From Eimeria praecox (taxonomy: Eukaryota): a stretch of DNA of 64,000 nucleotides. The stretch lies in assembly GCA_963920595.1 (NCBI GenBank), contig OY986948.1:4278001-4342000 (forward strand), in the 5' to 3' direction. Of the stretch, positions 1 through 12,420 are shown one piece after another. The notes beneath the pieces are model-generated. The model saw nothing but the letters and a program-made list of their open reading frames with translations, was not told the DNA's origin and ran no database searches. Position 1 is the stretch's first letter. Each line of letters begins with the position of its first letter. Both the position numbers and the translations under genes were made by a program.

Positions 1-3000
1 CTGCTGTTCTTGGGCCCTCATTTGCTGCATCTCAAGGATTTGACACAGTAATGTGATATACCTGCAGAAACACGGAAAACCCTCCACCTGCCTTTCTGAC
101 TGCTGCTACTGCAGGCTGTTGGCTCTCGGGGATGAAGCCCTCAAGGAGGATACCTCTTCGGACCCTCGGTTGCAACAGGTACGCTGGGTGTGAGCATATC
201 TGCACCTTTCGCTGAGCGCATCGGGATAGTGTTCATGATGCTGCGGGAACAGGCTTCTGTTGCTGCAGCTGGTGCTACGACTGTTGTCGCGGCAGTTTCT
301 TCTTGCTGCTGCGCATGCAGGCGTGCAAGGAACTAGATGAGGCTCTGACATTCTTTCATTCTATTGCCGCAGCAGATGAGGACTTGGCGAAGCAGCAGCA
401 AGGGGATGGGGAGAAGCAGCAGCTAGAACCGCAGCAGGACTCAGCGATCTCGAGACGCCCGCGGCATGGCAGGCGATCAGAGAAGGAAAGCAGCAAGAAA
501 CAGCATCACGGCAGGAGCAGCAGCAGCAGGGGGAAAAAGAAAGATAAAGGGAAAGCAGCATCAACAGACCGAACTTCTAATGCTGCTGCTGCATCGGAGC
601 AGCAACCTGATTCTCTATTCGAGGACTGGCCCCCCATAGACTTCACCTTTCCAGAAAGCTCAGCTGTGGCACCTGCTGAAGCTACTGGACACGAAACTCT
701 CTCATGGGGAAGAGGCGGAGCTGACGATCCCTTTCTGCTTTCTGCAGCTGATTCTTGTGGTGCAGCAGCAGCTGCTGCAGAGGATTCAGTAAAGCGTAGT
801 CGTGGTGGAGGTAAGTCCCGCAGTAGGAGGCGTGAAAAAAACAGCAGCAGCAGGCCACGTGAGCCAGAGGCACCAAGCAGTGACGGCGACAGCAGCAGTA
901 GTAGCAGCAACAGCAACAGCTCAGGCCTCAGCAGCAGCACACGCAGTAGGGAAGACAGTAGCGATAGCGAAACCACAAAGGGCAACAGCAAGCGTCACAG
1001 GCGGCATAGAAGGAATAATCGTTCTCGGCTTCAGCCTTCTAACAACGGGGAAGCAGCAACAGCGGCACCGCTTCAGACTGCAGGAGTAGTTGAAGAACCA
1101 GCAGATGATTGTGTTATCATTTGTATCTCGTCTCTCCGCGCTGTCTTTGCGGCGAAATGTGCTGCAAGCCCATTTCGCATAGACGCAACCATCGTTGCCT
1201 CCTCATGGGTACGGGGAAGACTCTTATGGGTGCCTCTGCACATGTGCTTGATCAACTTTGGGGGACAGAAAGCGAGGGGGGCTTTGCACACGGGTATTCA
1301 TGTTTAGGTGGACAGCCCCTTAGTGCAGCAGAAATTCCTTCCATTGGTGTGAATACGAATTGTTAAAGGCCGCTACAGCCAGAAGAGTCGAGACTTGTTC
1401 GTTGGGGCATGATCTCGTTCGTGGGTAATGCCGTTCACTTACTTCCTTACTTACTTATCGTGTTTTTTCTCTGCTGTTTGCATTGCAGAGTGTGGAAACT
1501 GAAGCTGAAAGCGCTTCTGAGTTGGGCATCGTCATCAGCAGCAGCAGTAGCAGTAGTAGTAGCAGCGGCGATACCAGTAGAGAGTTGCAGGTGACATGGC
1601 AGCAACCTATCCGCCTTCGCGTTCGTGTGTACCCAAATGAGGAAGGCAAGCAAAGAGGAGAGTGTGGCAGAAGCTACGCGAAACCTCTTCAATATCTGCA
1701 AAAGGAGGGAGTCCTCCGCTTTCTCATTAGAAGAGGAGATGATCCATGGCCCGCATTCACGGCCCAGTTTCCCCTTAATTCTCTGACATGTTCGGCGTTG
1801 CACAAACTGGCTGAAGGCTGCTGCTGCTACGATTGCTGCGCTGGTGTTGGCCATGATGCTGCCTATGATGACCGCGCTCTTGCTCTTGCACATGCTGCTG
1901 ATACCACCTCTTCTGCACATAGAGTAGTTTGTTGGGCTTTTCTCATCATTCTGGCGGTGGCCAGAAGCTGCAGTGCACCGTACATTTCAGGTCAACAAAT
2001 AAAGAGCTCTGACCTGCACGGTGTTCTCCCTTTTGTCTTCAGATGGGGTCTTGAGCACGCATCATATCTCTGTGTTTTCCAAAGAAGAAGACACTAAAGA
2101 CTACAATTCCGCATGCGGCTATCTGTCATTCTCAATCTCAGCAGAGACAGCACAGCCCTTGGCTGCCCCCACATCACTGGCAGATCATGTGACGAGTCCT
2201 GCACCATCTGCAGCGGACAAGAAGGCGCAAAGACGAACTGAGGCTGTGAAGGCGGTAAGCGGACATGAGGAACCTCCAAAGCTGCATATGGCTGTTAAAA
2301 GATCCATTCTGTGAGTAGTACAGCACGGTGTGATGTGCATCTCGGTGAAATGCTTGCACAGTTGCCGTAGGCGAACTGACGCTGTCTTTCGGTGTGGTAT
2401 CTGCAGCATGCTAGGGATCTTGATACAAGTTTAAAATCGACGAAAAACGAGAATGCTGCTCTGCAGCAACAAAACAAGGTGCTCCAAGCGCAGGTGCAGG
2501 AGCAGCAGCAAGCTCTACTGCAACAACAGCAACATATCCAGGCCCTTCAAGCTCACATGTCAGTCTCGCTCTTTCTCACCGTCTCATAAGTCCATTACAC
2601 CCCTTTTATGTGGCCCCTAAAGGGGGAAAGCGATCGAAAGCCAAGGGAACTCGTGTTTCCTTTTTTGCTTACTGTGAGACAGGCAACAACTCACAGCGCA
2701 GCTCACCGAAGCATCCCAGAGACTCGCGTGAGAGCGTGCAAGGCCCCCCCCTGAGCAGCCTACGACCACTGAAAGCGTGAAAACCCTTAATTAGCATTGC
2801 TCAGGCCGAATTACATTAGAGGGACTGTCAGCTAGGATTGTCTGCCTATGTCATTGTAGACCGGGGCAGTGGCTGTGTATCGGGTTGAGCGTCACATATG
2901 TGTGTTTCCAGCAAAGCTCGATGTGCTTTTTCAGCGCCTTTGACATGCAACAACAGCAACAGCAGCAGGCGGTGCAACGCATGCAGCAACAGCGAGATGC

Positions 3001-6000
3001 TGAATCCCGTGCCTCCGCAGCAGAGATAGCGAGGTTGCAGCAGCACGTTATGCAGTTAGAAGACTTCCGCAGTAGGGCTGAAGAAGAGCAAAGGCTTCAC
3101 CGCAAACAAATTCGCAACTACCGAATGGAGGTAGAACAGCATGAGCGTGAGCTGCGACGACTGAGAGAGGAGCAGAAGGATTCAGACAGCAAAATTATGG
3201 AGCAGGATAAGACTATCGCAGACCTCAGAATACTCCTAACCAACGCGAGAAGCCGCATAAGGGATGAGCGACAGCGGAGTGAGGGATTAGTGGGAAAATT
3301 GGAGGGTGAGAAGCTATGCAGGGATTGGCCTAATTTATCCCCTACAAAAATGCACCAGCTTTTTTGACTTCTCCCCTCATTTTTTATCCATTTGCCTCTT
3401 TCACCCATGTGTTTCGCTCTCGTTTGCAACTATTCATTGCTTTTCATAAAGATGACTGATTGGACTTCCACATCGGCTGCGCTTGCTGCTGGCGTTCGTA
3501 TGCCATGCGTTATGCGTTGCTGCCTGTTCCTTCAGCTGCGAGCGAGGTCGAGACCTCTCTAAAAGCAGAGTTGCAAGCGTCGCAGTAGGTCTTCACTGCG
3601 CTTCGCTTGGGCATGTTTGCTGTTGCACTCCCCTTCTCCCTTCCTTGTGTTGGTGCTCCCGTAAACTCTCCGCATCAGCCTGCAGTCAGAAGGTTTTAGT
3701 TAATATTTGTCTGCACCAAATGCCATGCCGGTTGTGTCTGCAGAAAAGCGGCAGAGGAGGGCAAGCGGCAGCTGCTAAGCTTGACCTGGGGCTTGGTGAG
3801 CACTGCAACACTCTATTGGCTTGTGTACCACTTCCTGTTTTTTACATTAAACACAAATTTCAACAGGCGAGAGTCTAGGAGGGTTTGTGCAGCTATGGTT
3901 GAGTGGGTAGTTGAAACACAGTAGTTTTTACACTCCTCAAAATTCAACCTACTTTTGTGCTACATTTGTGCAATGATTGACTGCCTTTCTGTTTTTATCG
4001 CCTGTGTTAGCCTGCCCGGGAAGTCATAGTTCCTTGTGGCAACCTAACGCCATACACAACAAAGTTCAACTATTCATTTCTGAGTTTACTATTAGCCGTC
4101 TGCACATGAGTAGCCGCGCACACGAACAAATGCCCATGTAAGTACATGCACGAGTGAGCGCGCATGCACACAGGGCACACCAGTATCAATTCACAGCGTA
4201 AGGGGGCGTGCGTTAGCATATATATAAATCCATGCAAAAGTGTATGCATGTGTCTATTAGCGCGCGCACATTCGTTGGAGCTTGTAGAATACCCACGATT
4301 GCGCGTATGCATATCCCAAAGCCGCTGCACTGATGTCTACAGTTTCGCATAAATGCACAAAAGCGTATTTTGCAACTACATTCCGGATGGATGCTGCCCA
4401 TCAAGCTTCACCTCTTGAGAAATCCCTTAGTGTGCAAATGCGCTAGCGGCGTGCCTGCATAGCGCATAGCAGCTCACGAAGTTAGCTGCTTTCTCACGAT
4501 GTGAATGCTAACTATTTGGCCCTAAGGAACTATCTTTTCTTGTCATTAACGGGGTTGATTTTGTGGCAAAAGCTGTTTAATACGTGCCTATCCGCGTTGT
4601 GATTTCGCTTTAAGGAGGCTCCACCAGTTTTCACCGGATTCCCTAACTCTGCGGCGAACTGTGATAAGCAGCCTGAAACGGAGTCGCGGCAGCGGCAGCA
4701 GCAGCAGAAGGGAGGAGGCCGCAGAGAAGCTGATGGGGAGACTCAACACAAGCGCTCACATTCAGACGCGCACGGGGTCGACGTGCCAGTGCAATCATCC
4801 TCGAGAACGAGTGCAGGCCCAATTTCATCTGCAGATGCACACCTACGAAGTATGGACCACCTTGCATTGGAGCAAAGTATCCACGTTTCTCATTTTATCG
4901 GAATCCAGCGCATGTTCTCAACTCTAAAGGGATTATCTAACGGTGATATGGATGTCTTCAGGATGGGATGACGCGCGAATTCTGCGCCACCTCCTTCCCC
5001 CTACCCAGCCAGCTGGAGCGGTATGGGGGACTGCTCTAGGTCTGCCAATGCAGGAAGGTTATTCCCACATCTTGCTTGAGCAAGCTGGTTCCTCCGCACA
5101 ACCATGGGGAGGTATCCTCCTAGAGTATATGGACTTAAGAGTGAGTTCAGTCAGAACAGTTTGTAATTGTACTGTTTCCTGAGAAGCGTCTGGCCAGCCG
5201 AACGTTCCTTGCTAATTCGCAGTAGCTGAGTTGACTGGTGTCACCTTAAAATGCACAAGTGCAGCGAACTTTATTTGGAAGGGTCCAGTACTTCTGTGTT
5301 CTGAGGGGCGTTGCTATCCAAATGTACATGATTTGTTTCTTCGCACATCTCCAGCCTCAGATGGTCCTCTCAACTCCGGTGTTGCTCTCTGGGCCCCAAA
5401 TGCTTTAGGTAGAATGGCTTTGCTCAATTCATTCGGGAAGCAGCCGCGAGCGAAGCGGCCTATTACCAACACCTCTTTCAGGCAATATTGTGGCAACGGC
5501 GACATTCGTTGCCAGCATCTGCTTCAATGGAGCCCCTTGTCCCGATGTAAATGTTGCCGTCGAGAAGGAGGTGCTGGAGGGGGGTGAGTTATTGCATTTA
5601 TCTTTTTCACTGTCTCCATGTTCTGTGTGTCTTCGTTAGCTGGGCAGTTGAATCGAAGAGCAGTTGGCTTGCTGTGTAGCTGTCTAATCAACGTTTTGTA
5701 ACCTACGCTCTACACACAAAGCGGAGCCCGATGCTTCTCAAGCAAAGGAGAGGTGGACAGCCATTCTCCACCACCCACCACGTATGGCGTTTGATGCAGG
5801 ACGTGTCATCGTGAATGTAAAGCTAAATCAAGGAGCACGATGCGTCAATGTTGCTGGGGAACTTGAGGTTTCCCGTCCCTCGCGAGAAACTCCCATTCTT
5901 CTTATCAGCGCTTTGTAGGTCCTGTGCAATGCGCTTCCATTAACGGCATACTTGCATACCTGTAGATGACACTGTTCCGCCCTACTCCGCGGGCAACAGC

Positions 6001-6834
6001 TGGCGCTTGCTGCTGTGTTTATCTGGCAGAACCCCCGACTCGCAGAAGCGTTCCCTCAGACTAAGGCTGCCACTGCCATCTGCGGCGTTCTGTGTGCCTT
6101 TCGTACTATCCACGGAAGCGTTTGCTACCAAGTGGCGGTCTTTGGAAATGCAGGAGGATGCAGTGCGTTAATGAGGGATAATTCCTATCTACTTTACCGC
6201 ATTAGGATATCCAGTCTCTTCACTTGGTTACGCCTTGGGGCTCGCCGAAGCTCAGCAACGAAACAAATGCGCCTATTTAGCAGCCAGAAGCAAAGCAGTG
6301 ACGCATTCTATCTGTGGCTTTTGCTAGAGCACTGAAAATGCGAATCAAATTATTTCTTCTGTGTGTGTGAAGGTTTTGCTCGGCATGATCCCAGACCGCA
6401 TCCGCATGGCCGTTTCTCTATGTGCTCTTGGGGGTCGTTTCCACGTCCTCCCCTTCGATGAAGGAGAGCCTAGGAGCAAAGCGCCTGCAGCAAGCCCAGG
6501 GTTCATGCGTATTCATGCCTCTGGTGGCTTCCCTGCAAGTGCTGACTGCACGGAGGCCCTAAGTACCCCGCAAGCCTGCCTTCCACCTAACGCCAGGGAT
6601 TCAAGATCAAGGGAAAAATATATTCCTTGCTTAATTGAGCTGTCCGTCAAACGAAACGCGTTTGCTGGAACAGAACGTCAGATACAATGGGTCTCTCAGT
6701 GGGGGCGTGCACCCAGTGGCGTTCTTCGTGTACGGTGCACCAATTCCCCACTACGAAGCAGCGTGCTTGAAGTTCTCTTGCAGCAGTTCCTAACATCTTC
6801 GCAGATACTTAATGCATCTTCATCATCTGCTTAG
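1..6834 (+). CDS. Large multi-exon protein (5' end outside window): helical N-terminal part, Ser/Arg low-complexity region, Gln-rich coiled coil, C-terminal globular domain (possibly adaptin-ear-like)
   Basis: GT-AG exons join in frame: LLFLGPHLLHLKDLTQ|LLALGDEALKEDTSSDPRLQQ|ACKELDEALTFF.. (1-~1100), coiled coil HARDLDTSLKSTKNENAALQQQ.. and ..RSRIRDERQRSEGLVGKLE|AASEVETSLKAELQASQ|KAAEEGKRQLLSLTWGL|EAPPVFTG.. (~4615), and terminal exon ..SVLEVLLQQFLTSSQILNASSSSA* ending at 6834. Some middle exons are uncertain and it could be two genes. Confidence 0.6.
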
Positions 6835-7550
6835 TTTTTTTGGGACCAAGGTTTTTTTTTAAGTGGAACCCTTGGGCAACAAGCCTGGCAGAATGCTGAC
6901 CGCGTTTGCGGCTTGAAATTTGTACGTCACCTAACCCCTGACTTCCAGCTCGCTAACAACTAGCAGCCACCTGCCTCGTGTGCTTTTTTGTGTACTTATG
7001 ACTGGCTATCCTGGTGGCCCTTCCATTACACCAGTTGGGGAGAATCCACGCAAAGTCGGCTACTACCCCATCAAACCCTTAAATAGTTCCCTCCGTCATG
7101 CAGTCAGGGCTCAAAGTCCATACTTGCGTATAGCTGACTGCCGTCTCGGTTGAAACATACGAGAACACGCGTGGCGCTCGTCCCAAATGTAATTTGCCTT
7201 CATCTAAATCACAAATTGCTACAATGAAGTACGGCGGATCACACGGCAGTGTTGCTCTCCACCCAATTGTGTAAACAAGTTCTGTCGACAGTCCCGGGAC
7301 AGGAAGGGAGTATCACGCCACAGCCAGCACGTACACCTATACTGCCGCATGGTTACCGAAACGAACGCTTCCTCGTCGGAAGGTTACAGTCCTCACTCCT
7401 AAAAGAGTATGCATGGCAGCCAGCGCGAGATGGATATGCTTCGAAAGGCAGCGAGACAGGTGTCCAGCCACTTTTCGCCGCGATAGTCTGAACCCATTGT
7501 CATCCATCCTGCTACTTGCAGGCGCACCAATGGATCAGCTCGTGTGGGGT

Positions 7551-10500
7551 CTAAGGATGTACAGTAAGAAGGTAGTCCACTCTGCGCGTCAGAGAGAAGG
7601 GAATCTCCGCCTTGGTCTCCATATGAGTGCACTGAAGCACCTGAAGCACCGGACAGCCAGCAAACAGACAAAAGCACTTAATGCCAGGTGGGATTCATTC
7701 ATACAGAATGAGGGATCTGCAGCTTGCAGCAGCCTGCACCTCGCTCACCTCCACGTTACAGATACTATCCCTACTGTGCATCTCTACGGAAAAAGGCATG
7801 AGAGTCGTCAGGCTAGTGTTGGCCGTGAGCTCGATGGTTGCAGCTGAGAGCTGTTCCCCCATCTCAGGAAGGAACCAGTGAACCGAAACACCGTCATGTT
7901 CCGTGGTCCCCGCATCCGTTCTCAGTACCTGGTCACAAGTCAAGAGCGCGTGGCAAAACACGCAGGCGACTGTGCAAAGCTAGACGCCGTTATCTACGCA
8001 TTGATTGCATCAGTACTTGACGCTGCGTGCTCCAAATAGTGTACCCAATAGCACAGACCCTCTCTCAACAGCCTGCACTAATATCCAATCGGATAAACAG
8101 GTCAACGCAGACTTGAGAAGCGTACTGGCGGGCTGACCTGAGGGTTTGCCTGGGCTGGACACATGAAAGATACACGGACGTCTTCCAGGCGTTTCGTAGT
8201 GTCTGTAACCTCCAGCTCAACAGTCAACACAGTGCCTGTGGGAGTCGTCGACGGCCAGCAGCTCACCGTCAGTGGCACCAAGCTCTGCGTGGGATTTCAC
8301 AGAAGGCCTGCACAACTGAGGAGTTATGACCTTGCTAAGGGACAATCTGCGCTAACGAACAGAGGTGTGCATCTTCGCACCTCGTCCTTGTCGCTGGCTC
8401 TCCACTTCAATAAGGGCGCAGGCTGATGAGGAGGCAGCGGCCTCGATGGGTCTCGGACTTGCAGCAGGTTGCCTTGAGACAGAGCCGTCTTGTCAACGTT
8501 CGGGTGGCTCTTCATCTTGAATCTCTTGTCTTCCGGCGTCAGCTGAAAGCAGAAAGGCGTAATGTTGTCGCTTTATTCACGGCACACCGCGAACGTCCGT
8601 GTGTACGATGGGTGTTTAAGCTAGTGCTGTATGTGCTACATGGCATAAGCTACCTGCCTGCGCAAGTGAACAGAAGTTCGCCTACCTGGAACGCTGCAAG
8701 AGACCCTCGCTGAGGATCGTTCGCGGTAACGAAAAATGTCCCTTGAAGTTCCACCTCCTTGACGACTGCAGAAAACAGAAAATCGCCGAATGGAGTTGAA
8801 TTCATACAAAAGCAAGCAACATAAACCACAGCGGGGAGCAGGGCTTAAAAATGTACCCACCTCCTTCGGCTTGCAAAGATGCCTTAACCTTCTCCTCAAT
8901 AAGGATGCTTACAGGATCCGCAAGCGGGTTGTTTAAAACTGCGTGCAATCACCAAATCCGCCGTACAGTATATCAGTGTAAGAACAGCGGCAGACTCCTA
9001 GCAGAGCGTAAGATATGGACTGTGCATAGATGCAACCTTGTTTGAAGCGGCGTGATGCTTGCAAGCAACTGTCGATATACTCGGATAAATCCCATGGCGG
9101 GACGTGCACAGGGTCCACCTAAATCAACTGATGCAGATAAATGGCAACTAACACCATACCCTGATCATGCTGAACTTCGGCGTATTCGCTGGTTGGTTTA
9201 ATTTGCTCATCCGGCACGAGGTTCTGAAGCGAGGTATCCACTCCCCCGGCAGCTGCCCTAAACCCAAGCTGCATGCCTTTTGACTGTTGGGTCCCTCTTG
9301 CGGGACCTGGAGTGACTGATGGAGAAGGCTGGTGTTGTGCGTCATAACCCCCCCCACTGGGGCTTGACGATCCCCAGTATGTTTCAGTAGGAGGACCTTG
9401 GGAGGCAGACAAAGTGGGAGGATCCCGCGACAGCTGAGGCGCTCCGGCGCTGCCGCGAAAAGAAGAAATATCCAACCCTTTCCCTGCCTTTCTTGCTGCC
9501 TGTTTTTCCTTCTCGAGTCTTTGGGCGATTTCCCGCCGTCTATCTGCTTGTTCCTTCTCCTTGCCCTGCGGTACCAACAAGCACACACTGCGCCACCAGC
9601 GCTCCTCTTGAACAAAGCATGTCTAGCCTCATGCACATCTACACTACGTTCATATAAATGTCAGATAAATGCGCTTCATGGAACACCGGTATGCCCCCTT
9701 TAAGAAAAATAATCACATTGGAATACGCCCTGGGCCGCGTAGTGCTGCAGGGGCTGCTTGTGCTTTTATATTAAATCCCTACTGGTTGCAAGTAAGGTAG
9801 GGGATGCGCAAGCCATTGCAGTTGGTGCCACCGCGGATGCAAGCGCATTCGGCTCATACCTCAGCGATCATTCTCTGCAGTTTTTCTTCGTGAGAGTCCA
9901 TGGCAACGTAAGACTGGATCTGCTGAAGCGTTAGTGCCTCCCTATAGCCGCCGCTAATAAGCTCGTCGAGCATAAATACTATATCAAACGCATGAGCAGC
10001 TACGCTATCTTCGAGACTGCCATTTCCGTGGGTCTCTCCGCAGGTCTCCTGAAGCCCCAACACCAAAAATTGGGTAGGAGTGTAAAACGGGAGAACCCGC
10101 CACAGGAAATAAGGATAAGGGAAAGGTAGGCTTAGTCATGCATCACTAGTGGCAGCTCAACACTGCTGGTCTCCCAAGTAAAACCCCAAGAAATCTGCCA
10201 ATGAAGACACGATATACACGGAGGGATGCGGAGAAACGTCGGTGATGCACTTGCCTGAACGATGCTCACGAACATCCTTAGTGTGCCCAAGTCCTCGAAA
10301 ATGTTGCTGCTCTTCGTTGTTATCAAGACGAGGTAGAGGTTCTCTACCGGTTGATACACATACCGGACTGACTCTGTCTCGAGATAGGTGTGATCGGAGC
10401 CTAGAATTGCAAGCAGACATGCGCACAGGTTGCCTTTCCTTCACCAGCATAAACGCAAGACCTCCGCATAGTTTCCGAAGAATTTTAACATAGAACCGAG

Positions 10501-10838
10501 ACCCCTCGTTACAAACACGGAATGAAGGGCCCTTAAGCCAGCCTCCACGATATGTCACAACAATTAATGAGGGGTCGCATGTCCTGATTGTACAGCTCGA
10601 AAGCTTCTTCCTGTAGGCGGCCAACGCGTGTACTGATTAGTAGTCCCGCCCCACCTGCCCCTTGTCCACAACTACCCGTAACTTAGTGAGAGTGCTGTTG
10701 CTGCAGCATACCCGAATAATCAACAAGCTTAACGAACGCATTCAGCAGACCCTCCACCTTCGTTCGGCGTATGTCCACGAACTGTCTTGCAAGTAGAGGC
10801 CGGACTCTGCTGCTTATGCAAGCGCTAATGACCACCAT
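7551..10838 (-). CDS. ARCN1: Coatomer subunit delta (delta-COP), about 10 exons
   Basis: The spliced product has the longin domain [102 protein letters not shown], then the mu-homology domain [32 protein letters not shown]. Exons 10838-10712, 10400-10255, 10048-9860, 9565-9160 and six more down to TAG at 7551. Confidence 0.93.
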
Positions 10839-11489
10839 TTTCCTCACTGTCGAGTTCAGGAAAGGCAAGCAAAAAAATAACTACTGCATCCCGGCGTATG
10901 ATTATTGCAGGATCCGTCGGGGTAACAGCGCGCTGGGACCGAGCGCAGAGCCTGTAAGAAGCATCGAACGAAATTCCACTGGTTATGCAAATACCAAGAC
11001 ATATATGTGGTTTTCTAATGCTTCCATATGCTTGGAGGCCGCATAGGTCGGCGAGCTGCCGGCTGTCTGTTTGACAGCAGTTGTCGCAAGTCGCGCTGAC
11101 TGGGGCTGGATGCACGTGGGGTTCTTCCCTCTCTCGTCAAATATATTGTACAAAACATGGCTAAAATGTAAGTTTACGGTTTAGGTTCGTCAAGACGCCA
11201 TGAAACTACGGTGTAATGCATCATTACTACTAACTGGAATCACACTGCTCTGGCCTCCAATTGCTGCGGCCGAAAGCGCCGCTGCACACCCTCTTCCCGA
11301 TCCATCATTGAATGCCAAATATATCATTTTTGTTGCGCTAGTCATGCGATCAGCCTCTGGTGGTGGTTAAATCTGTTCGTTGGCCTACCGGCGACGGAAA
11401 TGCAGCACGCTTCGCCCCATAATGGCACATATATTTCAATTTTTGTAGCAGGGTCTGCGTGGGAACGGTACTTGTGTATCTAGTTGCGC

Positions 11490-12420
11490 TCAACCTGGCT
11501 GTGGAGGGCAATGGAAGTGTGTAAGAGCCATCTGCAGTGTTCGCTCTAGTGGCAAAGGGGGCTTTGTCGTGCTTGCATGTGGGGTTGCCTTGCAACATTA
11601 GTGGTAGCATGTAGCGGGGTCCGTTACAGCTCGTAAAGAGCAGCATCCTTTTCACAGCAGCGAGAGGCCCGTATGGGCCTGCGTCCTGGACACATGGAGA
11701 CTGCTGGGAGGGCTCAGATGCTCCCGGGCAACTCTGCTCTCAAGTACTTTGTTTTACCCTGTTGCACCATACAACGGTTCTCCGCTAAAATGCAGGGACC
11801 TCGTTATAGCTTGCGTGCAGGTTGCTGATTGTAGCCAAGTAAGCGTTTAACAGCAGTCTTCAGTGTTAGTGCGTGCATCAAATGAGGGCTTGTGTATGCT
11901 TCCTTGACGGGTTACCTTGCAGCAAGGCTTGCGGAAAGGTATGCTGCAACTCATGGCAGGCTGCCTTATCTCCCCACCAATCCTACAACCTTGTCCCGTT
12001 GGGATCACGAGGCCTAAAATAGAGAAGTGAGGCAAGCTGCATTTCCAGGAAGAAAGACCGCATCTGAAGTGCTTCTGCTCCATTGCCGTCCATGAGTGGC
12101 CTTGGCCGAGTTTGAAGACCGTCGTAAGCGGCAACTGAGGACCTTCGCGAGCTTAAATAGAGTAGAAACACTTAGCATAGCAGGTTTTCTGGAAAGGCGG
12201 TGGGTCTCCTTATCGTTAGGTCTACTGATCACAACGGGACAGGCTTGCGGAGCTTGTGGGAAGAGGAGGCAGCCTTTCATGAGCTGCTGCAGCATACCGT
12301 GATGCAGTTACTGCCCATGGGCCGCTTGCGTTTTTGCGTTATACGAGTACTTTGCTAGGGCCAGGGGTCGCCCGCTTATTGCCATGTTGGTTACTTTATT
12401 GTAGTCGCCGTGTTCAGCAT
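11490..12420. mobile_element. Non-coding retroelement relic (probable solo or partial LTR) with three sub-repeat copies (+,+,-)
   Basis: Copies at ~11490-11690 (+), ~11820-12015 (+) and ~12215-12420 (-) resemble sequence flanking the two integrase relics. CAAGTAAGCGTTTAAC (~11837) is identical to the minus strand at ~19768-19783. ATGCTGCAACTCATGGCAGG resembles ATACTGCAACTCGTGGCAGG (~36746). Confidence 0.65.

Noticed and set aside
8933..9159. Alternative 41-nt intron and exon [10 protein letters not shown].. in delta-COP
   Set aside because: The exon starting at ~8938 ([18 protein letters not shown]) keeps the frame and matches the mu-homology domain start better.
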